DNA from: Chrysomallon squamiferum
Taxonomy: Eukaryota; Animalia; Mollusca
Assembly: GCA_012295275.1 (NCBI GenBank)
Contig: CM022677.1
Span: 1,798,001 to 1,862,000 of the forward strand
Direction of reading: 5' to 3'
Length of the DNA stretch: 64,000 bases
In this document: positions 27,996 to 41,789 of the stretch, in pieces
Position numbering within the stretch: position 1 is the stretch's first letter
How the letters are laid out: every line of letters starts with the position of its first letter
Notes under the pieces: generated by a model
Database searches by the model: none
What the model was told of the DNA's origin: nothing
Seen by the model: the letters and a program-made list of their open reading frames with translations, nothing else
Position numbers and translations under genes: made by a program

Positions 27996-28470
27996 GATTT
28001 AAATTAATAAGGTGAGACTTATATGAATCTGGAAAAAACACAGAACAGTTAATAAGAAAACACAAAAAAAAGAAAGTTTAAATAAAAGATTTAAATTAAT
28101 AAGGTGAGACTTCTGTGAATCTGGAGAGAAAAGACAGAGAGACAGTTAATAAGAAAACACAAAAGAAAGAAAGTTTAAATAAAGATTTAAATTAATAAGG
28201 TGAGACTTCTGTGAATCTGGAGAGAAAAAGACAGAGAGACAGTTAATAAGAAAACACAAAAGAAAGAAAGTTTAAATAAAGATTTAAATTAATAAGGTGA
28301 GACTTCTGTGAATCTGGAGAGAAAAGACAGAGAGACAGTTAATAAGAAAACACAAAAGAAAGAAAGTTTAAATAAAGATTTAAATTAATAAGGTGAGACT
28401 TCTGTGAATCTGGAGAGAAAAGACAGAGAGACAGTTAATAAGAAAACACAAAAGAAAGAAAATTTAGATA
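27996..28470 (+). repeat. ~96-bp minisatellite, 5 units (2 units at 19316-19505; 4 units inverted at 44990-45365)
   Basis: Unit gatttaaattaataaggtgagacttctgtgaatctggagagaaaagacagagagacagttaataagaaaacacaaaagaaagaaagtttaaataaa. Confidence 0.92.
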
Positions 28471-28724
28471 ACTTGCCTGCAGCCTGGGCTGTTGAATACG
28501 CTTTGTATTTGTCACGTGCTAGGGTTGGTGTACCCTTAAATAAAATAAATCTGACTCACCACATGTTTGAACAGAATAAGATACAAAGAATAAATACAGT
28601 AATGAGATGGTATCAATCCTCTTCTAAATAAATAAATAAAAATTATAATAAAAAGCTATATGTATTGGAATGATAAAATTAAATAAATGAATTAAAATAT
28701 AATAATAAATAAAGATTCAGTAGC

Positions 28725-28776
<52 letters not shown>

Positions 28777-29633
28777 ATAATAATAATAATAACAATAAGA
28801 AGAAGAAGAAGAAGAAGAAGAAAAATGAAATAGTGCCATCAGCTCCATATTAAATGATCTAAGTTCTTTATCTTCGTTGTAATCATATTTCATGTCTAGC
28901 AATATCTGATCTGTATAAGGCATGGTTTACATTTTTATAAATAAAACCAGACTTTTGTATTCTTATGTTATAAGTTATAAACGTCTTCGTTTTGGTCATA
29001 GTATTTGTGAATTATATACTTTACGTACATAATGAACTGAAAAAAGACTGCAATGAATATGAATGTTAATATAACAGACTTCTTTTAAAGTTTTAATAAT
29101 AATAACCATATTTATTTTTTACAACCGGAATGACTTAAGAAGTTTGGTAACATTTGGCAAAAAAATAAAATCATCTTGAAAGATAACTGATATTAAGATA
29201 CATTTTATACCAGCCCTGATCTTAACCTTAACCCTAACCGTAATACTAAACCGATTTATAACAATGAAACATTTATTAACAATCAAATGTAACTTTCATA
29301 CACATATATACAAAGTTATACATAAATAACTTACTACTTTTGAAAAAGTAAATATAAAATAAATAAATAAATATAACATTCTGAGAGAAAGAGAGAGGAC
29401 AGAGAGAGGGACAGACAGACAGACATCCCCAGACACTCGGATATGTACACATAGAAAAAGTACGTAAAAATATCTTAATAATATATGCACTTAAGACCTT
29501 CTGGCTCTAACTCTGCTTAATTATTATGCAGACGACACAAACAGAAATGGAATATTCAACTCTAAATACACACTTGTCATTGCCATGTTTCCAGGAAAAC
29601 ACAGATACACACAGAAATAACGAAAGTGAAAAC

Positions 29634-29785
29634 ACGCCGTGCTTTGTGGGAAGCGGTGATTACCTCAGTTACTGGGCAGACTTTTCAAGGTTGTCTTCAT
29701 GGCCGAACGGTGACGTTGTCAGCGGTATCTGACGGGGTTTGTGAGGTCGTGATCGGACTTTGTCTTCCTGTGGTAGCGCCGTACT
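29634..29785 (+). mobile_element. Internally deleted relative of the tRNA-SINE (A box kept, B box lost); inverted copy at 43701-43833
   Basis: cgtgctttgtgggaagcggtgattacctcagttactg...tggccgaacggt...gtcagcggtatctga...gtgaggtcgtgatcggactttgtc aligns to the full copy. Confidence 0.65.
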
Positions 29786-30459
29786 ATTATCAAAAGTCTA
29801 ATGAAAGGCACATAAAAAATAATCAGTCCTAAATTACACACACAGAGAGACAGACACAGACAACAACGCGTACAGCTGCGAGGCTACATATAAAAGTAGA
29901 TTCGTGAGCTCTGAGTATTCAGATCTCCGCCTTCCATCTGAGTTTGTTATTAGTTTTTTCTAAATCAACCTTTCATAAGTATCTACTACAAATGGAATAT
30001 AACATATCGGTGTATATTATATACAGTTTATTCTGTTTCAACAGTTTATTAACATAGACCATGATCATACAGACTAATTCCTATTAGTAAATCAATAATA
30101 ATCATAATCATAGTCATAATAACAACAATAATAATAATAATAACAATACTCCTGTTATTTAATGATCACCACTCACAGCAAATGTCGAGTAACAAACACT
30201 TCGTGTTTCACAGTCTTCATTTAGCAGACAACAAAAGTGTTTACTGATACAGTGGGAGATAATTCCTTTACCACTTGCATAAAGATAAAGCTTGAGTTAT
30301 TTCCCCTTAGTGTTTCGAAGTTATTCTTAATTAATTGTAGCTTTGGAATAAAAGCTTTTCATAAAACATCGTTTAATAAAAAAAATTAACAAAAAAATCC
30401 ATGTTCTTACTTTGGACTTTCAAATAAACAGGTACGTGTTCATACATAAATGGTAAGAT

Positions 30460-31700
30460 TGCTAAACGCTTAAAACGAGACACAGGAGATAGACAAGGGG
30501 ATCTGTTATTTCACTGTGTTTCCATCTTTTATGTTGAGATTCTTGGAATCTTGGTAAGAAATAAGAAACGTATATACGGGATTGAGATAAACGGCAGCGA
30601 ATTTAAAATTTCACAGTTCGCCGACGATAAAACTCTGTGAGCATCTGTGGAAACATTAAACTAGTTTACTGATATATCAGGTCTCAAAGTTAATACACAT
30701 AAAACAAATATAACAAAATTAGCCAACGACAAATTTGTTCATTAAAAAAAAGTGTTCAAAACAAAAATTAAAATGGACTACAGAATTCACAATACTTCGG
30801 GTACGGTTTTCCACGGATCTGTGCCAAATACCAGAATTAAACTTTAATGCAAAGTTGAATGAGGTTAAAACGCTTCTTGAACAATGGTCAAAATGTTCTT
30901 TCTCACCTCTAGGAAAAATTACTGCAACCAAAAGTTCTTTTTTATCGAAAATTGTTTGTGTTTTCTTCACTGACAAATCCAACAAACTATTTCTTTAAAC
31001 AGGTAGAAACCTATCTCTTTCAGTGTATTTGGCCCCCCTGAAGATGAGCCATGTCTTATGTGGTCCGCTTCTAGAAAAAGATTGCCGATGCTTTATCTTG
31101 AGTTTCACTGACACTAGTTTTAGGGTCAGCCTACAGTGAAGCAAAATTGCTGAAACGCACAAATTCCTTTTCTAAAAATGAATTGTATATAGGGTTAAAC
31201 TTTCTAGAGAAATGTGCAACGATAAGGGACAAGATAAAAATATTATGTCAGTAGATTTAGTATAACGTTCATATTAAAACTGATTATAAATCTGATTATT
31301 ATAAGACACTGGCAAAGAAAGGAATTTTAGTTCTAAAATAACGTTTTGTTAATGCCACCTGGCTTTCATGCATTGCATTTTGTAGAAAAGAAAATATAAC
31401 TTTAGACCAGTATTTACAGTTCACAACGGCGTGATGCTAGCTGTTAATAACTAGTGTAAACTGTTTTTATAAAATATATAAGAAAGCTAAATGGCAGGAT
31501 ATTTTGGTACAGAGGTCTGTGACAAATGGTGGACAAGTGAAAATCTTCTTTCACTCAAAGGTAACTTCAGACACAGAGCTTAGATAATATCAGTGTAAGA
31601 TCTTGTTAGTTATCATGTCAACTAGTAAGCATTGCATATTATATGGTAGAAGAAAGACTGAGATAAATATGAATATGTTTAGTGAAATTTAATGCGCTTC
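30460..31700 (+). mobile_element. L1/Tx1-clade LINE reverse transcriptase (ORF2) fragment, decayed
   Basis: RQGD..., EILGILVRNKKRIYGIEINGSEFKISQFADDKTL (QFADD at 30614-30628), ISGLKVNTHKT and LLEQWSKCSFSPLGKIT, with stops and frameshifts. Confidence 0.88.
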
Positions 31701-31889
31701 ATGTAAATAAGTTCAGACATTCTGTAAATATGAGATAAATATTCAAGGATAGAATATGCAAAAATATACAAAGTTTTAATTTATTTTTCTGTCATGCCAT
31801 TTTGTATGTTTCTTACAATAATGTGTACTTTTATTTATATGAAGAAAAATTTATATCTCTAAAACATGTTAATTCTTCCTCTTCTTCTT

Positions 31890-31920
<31 letters not shown>

Positions 31921-32441
31921 TTATTGTTGTTGTTGTTGTTGTTTTTTTACAGATGCTATGGAGTCTTCTGTATTTTAATACATTAATTTACTCTTTTTTT
32001 ATTAGCGTATATTAGTTGTATCATTTGTATCATTTGTAAAGAAAAATACCAACAGATAAATAAAAAAGGAAAAAGTGATATAAATAAATAAATATATCTA
32101 TAAATATATCACACCAATAATGAGTACAACTGTTACTGTTTGAACAATGCTATTTTGTTATACTAAACATAATAAAGCTGGTATTTGTCACACCTGTGTT
32201 TAGATCGCTCTGACTCATAACACTTACAAATAAATGAGTGTCCCGTGTACTCTGATTCACCATTACATTGCATATTTCACAATCGTAGTATAACGTTTCT
32301 TGTCGCCAACACAACTGACACGCTATTCTTATCTGACCTACTTAATAGACACTTGTTAACATAACTTTTTCATCGATATACTGAGTGAGAAATAAATATT
32401 AATATTTTACAGACAAAATAATTATATATATATATATATAG

Positions 32442-32472
<31 letters not shown>

Positions 32473-32802
32473 AAAGCTTTGTATGTATATACCGCTATAC
32501 GTGGTGTGACTTGTGCGATATCTGGTTTCAATCACGTGCTTATCAGCAGACGACTTAGTAAACAGCGACACACAGAAAATATTTCAGTGACCTTGTCAAG
32601 CAGAAAGGAGTCAGTTCTAGGAAAACCACTGACAAACAAGACGCATTATTCAGAAGTAGTCGGCCATTTTGAAATTTGAAGGTATTTTATTTTGATTTAA
32701 TATATGCCGTACTATTGCTTTGCTTAAAACAAATCAGACATTTTGAACTTGTAATCTATTTTGTCTTAACTATAAATTTGTGTGGGAATTTTGATAAAGG
32801 CG

Positions 32803-32845
<43 letters not shown>

Positions 32846-32890
32846 GATTATTATTATTAATGAGTTTATGAGAAACATCGATAAACTTAT

Positions 32891-32932
<42 letters not shown>

Positions 32933-33317
32933 CTATCGTCCTTATAATAATTATTATTATTCTATTAGCAGTAATAGTATTATTATTATTAGTAGTAGTA
33001 GTAGTAGTAGTAGTGGGACTAGTAGCAGTAGTAGTAGTACTGGTCCTAGTAGTAGCAGCAGTAGTAGTTGTAAAGTATAGTTCAATATATCGTTGACAGC
33101 TTATGCTATATATTCATCAGTCTTTTACTTTATTTCATTTTATTTATTTATTTATTTATTTAAAGATCCCTGATCTATGTGATCAATAGTAGAGTCGTTA
33201 AACAGAAATAACTCATTTCTAAGAAATTATCGATCAGGAAGTTTTTCAGGTAGGTAACTATTTTGAACCTATAAAGTAGTGTATATTGTTTTTAATTTTA
33301 TTCAAATTTATTTAATT

Positions 33318-33370
<53 letters not shown>

Positions 33371-33528
33371 TAATTAATTAATTTATTTATTTATTTTTAT
33401 TGATTTATTTATGTATTTGCGTGTGTTCCTTTCATTGTTTCTTCTTTTCTTCATTCGTTCCTTCCTTGTTACCTAACGTTGGTTGGTCTGTCACCCGTTC
33501 CAGCCAGGGTATAAAATTTTATTGTATT

Positions 33529-33728
33529 NNNNNNNNNNNNNNNNNNNNNNNNNNNNNNNNNNNNNNNNNNNNNNNNNNNNNNNNNNNNNNNNNNNNNNNN
33601 NNNNNNNNNNNNNNNNNNNNNNNNNNNNNNNNNNNNNNNNNNNNNNNNNNNNNNNNNNNNNNNNNNNNNNNNNNNNNNNNNNNNNNNNNNNNNNNNNNNN
33701 NNNNNNNNNNNNNNNNNNNNNNNNNNNN
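33529..33728. other. Assembly/scaffold gap (200 N)
   Basis: Exactly 200 N. The round size suggests a placeholder join of unknown true length and orientation. Confidence 0.98.
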
Positions 33729-34075
33729 TGTCAGCCCACTTCACAGCGGCTTCAAAAACATTTTTCTCGTCTGCTGTCAGTTCGTCTGATCGTACGATCT
33801 CAACCAGACATTCGTGACAAAGATCGGTGACTTCATCTGACTTCAGAACTTCGTCGCCATTTTCCAAAATGAAGTCCAGAGTTTTTTTCCTTAGATCATG
33901 TTCATCAAACAGGTGAGCTTGTTCCAGCACGACGCACGCATTCCGTGACGACAACGACGACTCCAAATACTTGACGCACTGTTCTTCCAGTGTTGTGACG
34001 ATGTACTTCCTCGATAGATACAGCAGACCGGTGACGTTGTCGCCTGTTAGGACGACGTCATCCGTGTAAAGATAT
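33729..34075 (-). CDS. BTB/POZ-BACK protein copy 1, second coding exon (BTB end plus BACK domain), truncated by the assembly gap
   Basis: Acceptor tttacacag|ATAT follows a 216-bp intron (34076-34291). In-frame continuation K|YLYTDDVVLTGDNVTGLLYLSRKYIVTTLEEQCVKYLESSLSSRNACVVLEQAHLFDEHDL...EKNVFEAAVKWAD is typical BTB-BACK. No stops before the Ns. Confidence 0.92.
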
Positions 34076-34291
34076 CTGTGTAAAAGAAGTAGAGTAAGAC
34101 TTTAAAATGTGAGATAATTATGTGAGATTATTCAATTAGAAAATAATTATATTACTAACAAAAACTGTATTGTTATCAACGTTCGTGTCGGTTTGTATGT
34201 TTCGTTACTCACTATGTTCGTACCTGTGTCTCTGTGTGTGTCTGTGTTTTTGTGTGTGTGTGTGCGTTTGTGCGTGTGTGTGTTAACATAC

Positions 34292-34548
34292 TTTAAAAAC
34301 TCGGTAAAAATATCTGCCTCAACATCAGGCAAGATGATGCTGTTTTGTTCGCGAAGTTCTCCCATAATCATTTTGTGGAAGACATTGCTTCTGATCATCA
34401 GGATGAAGCGATGAGCTTCAACCATTGTTTCTTCTTCCCCAACAATAAATCTGACGTCGCTGTCTGTTCTCGTATGAAAAACGTGTTCAATACACTCCGT
34501 TAGTGTTTTCCCTGTCTGCCAACTTGAAACTTCTGCTGAGGTGGCCAT
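34292..34548 (-). CDS. BTB/POZ-BACK protein copy 1 (BTBD3/BTBD6-like), first coding exon (BTB N-terminal part)
   Basis: Translation MATSAEVSSWQTGKTLTECIEHVFHTRTDSDVRFIVGEEETMVEAHRFILMIRSNVFHKMIMGELREQNSIILPDVEADIFTEFLK has the BTB signature (WQ..., DVxFxVG, AHxxIL...RSxVFxxM, IxxPDVxxxxFxxxLxY). An acceptor tttag|tgaaaac lies just upstream of the ATG, and a phase-2 donor AA|gtatgt at 34291. Length is 257 nt, the same as copy 2. Confidence 0.92.
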
Positions 34549-34564
34549 GTTTTCACTAAAAACA

Positions 34565-34604
<40 letters not shown>

Positions 34605-34605
34605 T

Positions 34606-34644
<39 letters not shown>

Positions 34645-35382
34645 TAATAATAATAATAACCTCATACGAAATATAATTTTAAAATGTTTCTAATACGAAG
34701 CCTCACATTGCAGTGATCAGTTTTCTATATTCACATCTAGCTATGACCTGTACATAGAAATATTTCAAATACTAAACATTTTTATGTAAAAAAATAATCA
34801 ACCTGAGATAATTTCTAACAATCGAGTACTTTCTGTTTAAGGCCTGTACTGTTCAACACTGAGATCAGAAATCTAAAAACAAATAAATAAATAAAAGATA
34901 ATGAAAGAAAGAAAACAAATCAGATAAATATATACCAAATCGATAAAAGATAAAAAGAAGTACATTATGCTTACACTAGTGATTATTATGATGACGACAA
35001 CAACAATAATTATTATTATACACAGACATATTTAACTGTGGGAGATACGATTTTCAAATCGCAATGTACATATGGTCATTTATACCAACTTACTCCTCGA
35101 AAAGACAAAATAATTAACCGACAATAACAAATCTAAAAGAAACACTATAAAAGAAAAAAGAATAATAAGTGAGGAAAATCAAGGAAAACGACGTGAAACT
35201 TTTCAAATATAAAACAATTTAAAATACCTTGTAATTTCAACTTCCTGATCGACAATTTCTTATAAGCGACTATTTTCTATCAACTCAGTTATAGATCACA
35301 GATGTCACCGATCTAAGAATAAATGAAATAATATAAAAATAATATAAAGTAAGCGATATATAGCAACAGGCGTGAATTAAAA

Positions 35383-35419
<37 letters not shown>

Positions 35420-35448
35420 ATAGTAATAGTAATAATAATAGCAATAAC

Positions 35449-35515
<67 letters not shown>

Positions 35516-35674
35516 GCATATTAAAGTCAGGATATACATAACTTTTTACATTTCAATTTAAAAAAAAAAACGACACTTAAATAATTATTTGTTAGAGAAC
35601 TAACTCTGATATATTTATAATAAATTAAGAACAGTGGAAGCGTCAACACATAATAAAATATAAAATTTTATACA

Positions 35675-35785
35675 CGTTCAATATGGCCGACTACTGTCAG
35701 TTCTGCTTTGTGTTCTTTTAGTTAGGAAACCCTCCACTGATAAACACGCGACTGACGTCAAATATCTTATACGTCATCAAGTGTT
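35675..35785 (-). promoter_or_regulatory. Putative proximal promoter of BTB copy 1
   Basis: Minus strand reads gatgacgtat...tgacgtcagtcgcgtgtttatcagtggagg...gtcggccatattgaa. Confidence 0.6.
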
Positions 35786-35952
35786 ACGTTTCAGTTTCAG
35801 ATTAAAATAAACAAATCGTGCTACGAGATATATGTACACTGATCTTACATAAATCTTCTTTACAATAAATTACATTTCAATAAATTGAATACTACAAGAT
35901 GCCATTGTTTATACATAAGTTATAAATAATAATAATAATAATAATAATAATA

Positions 35953-35994
<42 letters not shown>

Positions 35995-36898
35995 AGAGCA
36001 ACTACAACAAAATCAACATCATCAACAACAACAATAATAATAATAACAAATATTTTTTACAGTATACTGAATATAAGTGTGCATGTCTTATTTCTCTGAC
36101 GAGGCTTGCATGACCAGTTTCAATGTAATCTAACACTGACTGTTTGCTTGTTATGTAGGTCATATAAAAACAGCGTGTCACTGCTACACGAGAAACACAA
36201 AGATATACTCGGGTGTTATTTACAGCGATCTGACAAGTTAATTGTTAATACACAATCTGTCCATAAGTGTAGAAATAACCCGTGAAAATAAGAAATTATT
36301 TACATTTGTCAGCGTTGTGAGAAGATGAACAATTTCAATAAAGACAATAAAGACAACCAACTGACAAACTCATAAATAAAAAAAAAATTAAATTATATGA
36401 GATAATATTATCACATCTTCTACTTACATACACCAGATGGTGAGAAACATTTTATAGTCGGGTCTAGCACATATGTTTTCATCTTTAAAAAGCCTCACGC
36501 TATAATGCTGTTTGTTACATGTATATCCAATAATGTTTATTCTTTCTTCTTCTTTTTTATTTTTATTTTTTATTTTGTTTTCCCTTGTAGATGAAAACAA
36601 ATGCAATAACATTTTATATACTGGTTAGAATGGGTGATAGATCAAAACGAATGTTAGACAACAAGGAAGGAACGAATTAAGAAAGGAAGAAAGAAAGACT
36701 GAACGAAACACATGCAAAGAAATAAATAAGATATGTAATAATAATAATAAAATTAAATTAAATAAGAACAATATAAAATACTTTGTAGTTTCAAAATAGA
36801 TACCTACCTGAAAAACGTCCTGATCGATAATTTCTTAGAAATGAATAATTCCAGTTGAACAACTCTGCTCTTGATCACTGAGATCAGGGATCTATAGA

Positions 36899-36945
<47 letters not shown>

Positions 36946-37309
36946 ATGAAAAGAATTAAAGTAATTTAAAGTAATCAGATCCACAAATATATAGCATAAG
37001 TAATAAATGAATCATTGAACTATATTTAGGTGATACTATTATTACTACTACTACTACTGCTGCTATTATTATTCCATTATAATGACGATAGCTTTATTAT
37101 TATTATTATTATTATTTTTTTTTATTATTAAATATTTTATCGATATTTCTTATAAATCTGTATGCTAGGTACGAAAAAAAAGCCTTTAACAAAATTCACA
37201 CCAAAAATTTATAGCCATCACAAAATAAATAATAATTTCAATATGTCTGATTTGTTTTAAGCAAAGCAATAGTACAGCATATATTAAATGACAATAAAAT
37301 ATATAAGAC

Positions 37310-37500
37310 CTTCAAATTTCAAAATGGCCGACTACTTCTGTATAATGCGTCTTGTTTGTGAGTGGTTTTCCTAGAACTGACGCCTTTCTGTTTGACAAGG
37401 TCACTGAACACTTTTTGTGGTTTGCTCTTTACAAAGTCGCCTGTTGCTAACCACGTGACTGAAATTAGATATTGTACAAGTCACACCACGTATGTCGGTA
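37310..37500 (-). promoter_or_regulatory. Putative distal promoter/first exon module (paralogs at 40804-40995 -, 32490-32681 +, 60020-60191 +)
   Basis: E-box CACGTG, TCAGT, CGGCCATTTTG (YY1-like) and donor GAAG|gt. The module is present in four copies (YY1-like site mutated in the 60020 copy). Confidence 0.6.
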
Positions 37501-37923
37501 GATACATGCAAATGTTTTATTATATACAATTTGTGTAAACCTGTTAAATAAAAAAATTTTAAAAAAAAAAGAAGAAAAAGAAACAGAAAAAAAGATCTTT
37601 ATTTTGTCATTACTTATTTTGTCTGTAAGATATTTATATTTATTTCTAACTCAGTATATCGATGAAAAGGTTATGTTAACAAGTGTCTGTTATGTAGGTC
37701 AGATAAAAATATTGTGTCGGGTGTATTGGCGACAAGAAACGATCGTGAAAAATGCAATGTAATGGTGAATCAGAGTACACGGGACACTCATTTATTTGTA
37801 TGTGTTATGAGTCAGAGCGATCTAAACACAGGGGTGACAAATACAACCTTTATTATATTTAGTATAACAAAAATAGCTTTGTTCAAATACTAACACTTAT
37901 ACTCATCATTGTGGTAATATTGT

Positions 37924-37966
<43 letters not shown>

Positions 37967-38102
37967 TTTGTTTTACTTTTTAATTTATATGTTGGTATTT
38001 TTATTTATATATTTATTTTACTTTCTTCTTATCTTTTCTTTTATTTGACTACAAATGATACATACCTCTCATACAGATTTATAAGAAATATCGATAAAAT
38101 AT

Positions 38103-38147
<45 letters not shown>

Positions 38148-38379
38148 TATAATACAACTAAAACAAGCTAATATAAAAGTAAAAGTAAATTAATGTGTTA
38201 AAATACAGAAGTTTCCACAACATTAGTAAAAAACAATAATAATAATAATAATAAGAAGAAGAAGAAGAAGAAGAAGAATTAACATGTTTTAGACATAAAA
38301 AAATATTTGATCACATAAATAAAAGTATATATTATTGTAAGAAACATACAAAAACAAAATAGAAAAATAGATCAGAGCG

Positions 38380-39222
38380 AGAACATGCGTATTACATTTT
38401 CACTAAACATATTACAAAATTCACATTTAACTGAATCTTTTTATACGATATAATACCAAATGTTTGTTATTAAGACAAATAATAAATTCTTGTACTGAAA
38501 GTTAGCTTCCCACCATTTGTCACAGAACTCTGTACAAAATTTATACTTTTCTCTTTTCCTTTTTTATTTTTATTTTTTATTAATAGCTAGCATCAAGACA
38601 CTATAAAATATAAAATTGTGGTCTTAAGTTATATTTTCTTTTCTACAAAATTAAACATGAAATCCAGTTGTCGTTAGCAAAAAGAGCTTTTAAAAATAAA
38701 ATTCCTTTCTTTGCCACTGTCTTATAATAAGCTGATTTATTATCAGTTTTAATGCGAACATTATATTATAATCTATTGACGTAGTATTTTTATCTTCTCT
38801 CATGCTTTCACGTTTCTCTAGAAAGTTTGACCAGATATGTAATACATTTTTCCAAAAGGAATTTGTGCGTTTCAACAATTTTGCTTCACTGTAGGCTGAC
38901 CCTAAAACTAATATCAGTGAAGCTTTTCATAATAAACAGTTACTCGAAAGAGAGGCAATGTCTTGGCTAAAATTTATATCTTTAATCCACGATATCTTTA
39001 CCCATTAAAAAGTCACTTAAACAACCATTTTGATAATATAATTGGGCAGCGGGTGTTTGTTTTTTTCTAGCTATTTTATCGTGGTTTTTTATTCCAAATA
39101 AACTGAAATTATTAAAGAAATGGGTTTCTAATATTTTAAAGAAATAGTTTGTTGGATTTGGCAGTGAAGAAAAAAGTAAACAATTTTCGATAAAACTAAA
39201 CTTTTGATTGCAGTAATTTTTC
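38380..39222 (-). mobile_element. Older partial copy of the same L1/Tx1 fragment
   Basis: LFSSLPNPTNYFFKILETHFF and MLKRTNSFWKNVLHIWSNFLEK. Homologous to 41790-42577 but retains a segment deleted there. Confidence 0.75.
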
Positions 39223-39239
39223 ATACGTAAGTTATAAAC

Positions 39240-39292
<53 letters not shown>

Positions 39293-39694
39293 TAACAACA
39301 ACAACAACATCAACATCATCAATAGCAACAATAATAATAATAACAAATATGTTTTACAGTATACTGAATATAAGTGTACATGTCTTATTTCTCTGACGAG
39401 GCTTGCATGACCAGTTTCAATGTAATCTAACACTGACTGTTTGCTTGTTATGTAGGTCATATAAAAACAGCGTGACACTGGTACACGAGACACACAAAGA
39501 TATACTCGGGTGTTATTTACAGCGATCTGACAAGTTAATTGTTACTACACTGTCTGTCCATAAGTGTAGAAAGACAATAAAGACAACCGCCAAACAAACT
39601 CGTAAATAATAATAATAACAAAAAATATATGAGATAATATGATCAAATCCTCTAGTGGCACTTTCCATAGACAACCAACAATAGTAGTAGTACT

Positions 39695-39819
<125 letters not shown>

Positions 39820-40080
39820 CTAATACAAATTATATGAGATAATATTATCGCATCCTCTAATTACACCTTCCATATACCAGATGGCAAGAATCATTTAGGA
39901 GTTTGTTATATGGCGATAATGTTTCTTCTTTTTTCTTTTTGGATGTTTTCCATTGTAGATGAAAACAAATACAATAACATTTTATACCCTGGCTGGAACG
40001 GGTGACAGACCAATCAACGTTAGGTAACAAGGAAGGAACGAATGAAGAAAAGAAGAAACAATGAAAGGAACACACGCAAA

Positions 40081-40116
<36 letters not shown>

Positions 40117-40118
40117 AA

Positions 40119-40171
<53 letters not shown>

Positions 40172-40625
40172 AATTAAATAAATTTGAATAAAATTAAAAA
40201 CAATATACACTACTTTATAGGTTCAAAATAGTTACCTACCTGAAAAACTTCCTGATCGATAATTTCTTAGAAATGAGTTATTTCTGTTTAACGACTCTAC
40301 TATTGATCACATAGATCAGGGATCTATAAATAAATAAATAAAATGAAATAAAGTAAAAGACTGATGAATATATAGCATAAGCTGTCAACGATATATTGAA
40401 CTATACTTTACAACTACTACTGCTGCTACTACTAGGACCAGTACTACTACTACTGCTACTAGTCCCACTACTACTACTACTACTACTACTACTAATACTA
40501 CTACTGCTAATAGAATAATAATTATTATTATAAGGACGATAACATTATTATTATTATTATTATTATTATTAAATAAGTTTATCGATGTTTATTATAAAAT
40601 AAGTTTATCGATGTTTCTCATAAAC

Positions 40626-40676
<51 letters not shown>

Positions 40677-41008
40677 CGCCTTTATCAAAATTCCCACACA
40701 AATTTATAGTTAAGACAAAATAGATTACAAGTTCAAAATGTCTGATTTGTTTTAAGCAAAGCAATAGTACGGCATATATTAAATCAAAATAAAATACAAA
40801 TACCTTCAAATTTCAAAATGGCCGACTACTTCTGAATAATGCGTCTTGTTTGTCAGTGGTTTTCCTAGAACTGATTCCTTTCTGCTTGACAAGGTCACTG
40901 AAATATTTTCTGTGTGTCGCTGTTTACTAAGTCGTCTGCTGATAAGCACGTGATTGAAACCAGATATCGCACAAGTCACACCACGTATAGCGGTAGATAC
41001 ATACAAAG

Positions 41009-41049
<41 letters not shown>

Positions 41050-41568
41050 ATCTATATATATAATTATTTTGTCTGTAAAATATTAATATTTATTTCTCAC
41101 TCAGTATATCGATGAAAAAGTTATGTTAACAAGTGTCTATTAAGTAGGTCAGATAAGAATAGCGTGTCAGTTGTGTTGGCGACAAGAAACGTTATACTAC
41201 GATTGTGAAATATGCAATGTAATGGTGAATCAGAGTACACGGGACACTCATTTATTTGTAAGTGTTATGAGTCAGAGCGATCTAAACACAGGTCTGACAA
41301 ATACCAGCTTTATTATGTTTAGTATAACAAAATAGCATTGTTCAAACAGTAACAGTTGTACTCATTATTGGTGTGATATATTTATAGATATATTTATTTA
41401 TTTATATCACTTTTTCCTTTTTTATTTATCTGTTGGTATTTTTCTTTACAAATGATACATGATACAACTAATATACGCTAATAAAAAAAGAGTAAATTAA
41501 TGTATTAAAATACAGAAGACTCCATAGCATCTGTAAAAACAACAACAACAACAACAACAAAATAATAA

Positions 41569-41599
<31 letters not shown>

Positions 41600-41789
41600 A
41601 AGAAGAAGAGGAAGAATTAACATGTTTTAGAGATATAAATTTTTCTTCATATAAATAAAAGTACACATTATTGTAAGAAACATACAAAATGGCATGACAG
41701 AAAAATAAATTAAAACTTTGTATATTTTTGCATATTCTATCCTTGAATATTTATCTCATATTTACAGAATGTCTGAACTTATTTACATG

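Larger units (their letters stand above)
24057..33528 (+). repeat. Segmental duplication, left arm part 2 (blocks b'+c); inverted copy at 39968-49816; b' (24057-28889) is also a direct copy of 15429-19912
   Basis: Colinear matches and mirrored ORFs (28404+/44828-, 29526+/43752-, 32479+/40806-). Ends at the gap. Confidence 0.95.

Noticed and set aside
29221-29240. Telomeric repeat (taaccc)
   Set aside because: Only ~3 degenerate units; more likely a TE internal motif.
34549-34665. Hydrophobic signal-peptide-like N-terminus (MRLLLLLLFIIII...) on BTB copy 1
   Set aside because: It is an intronic (TTA)n tract upstream of the acceptor at 34556; copy 2 has a different tract at this position.
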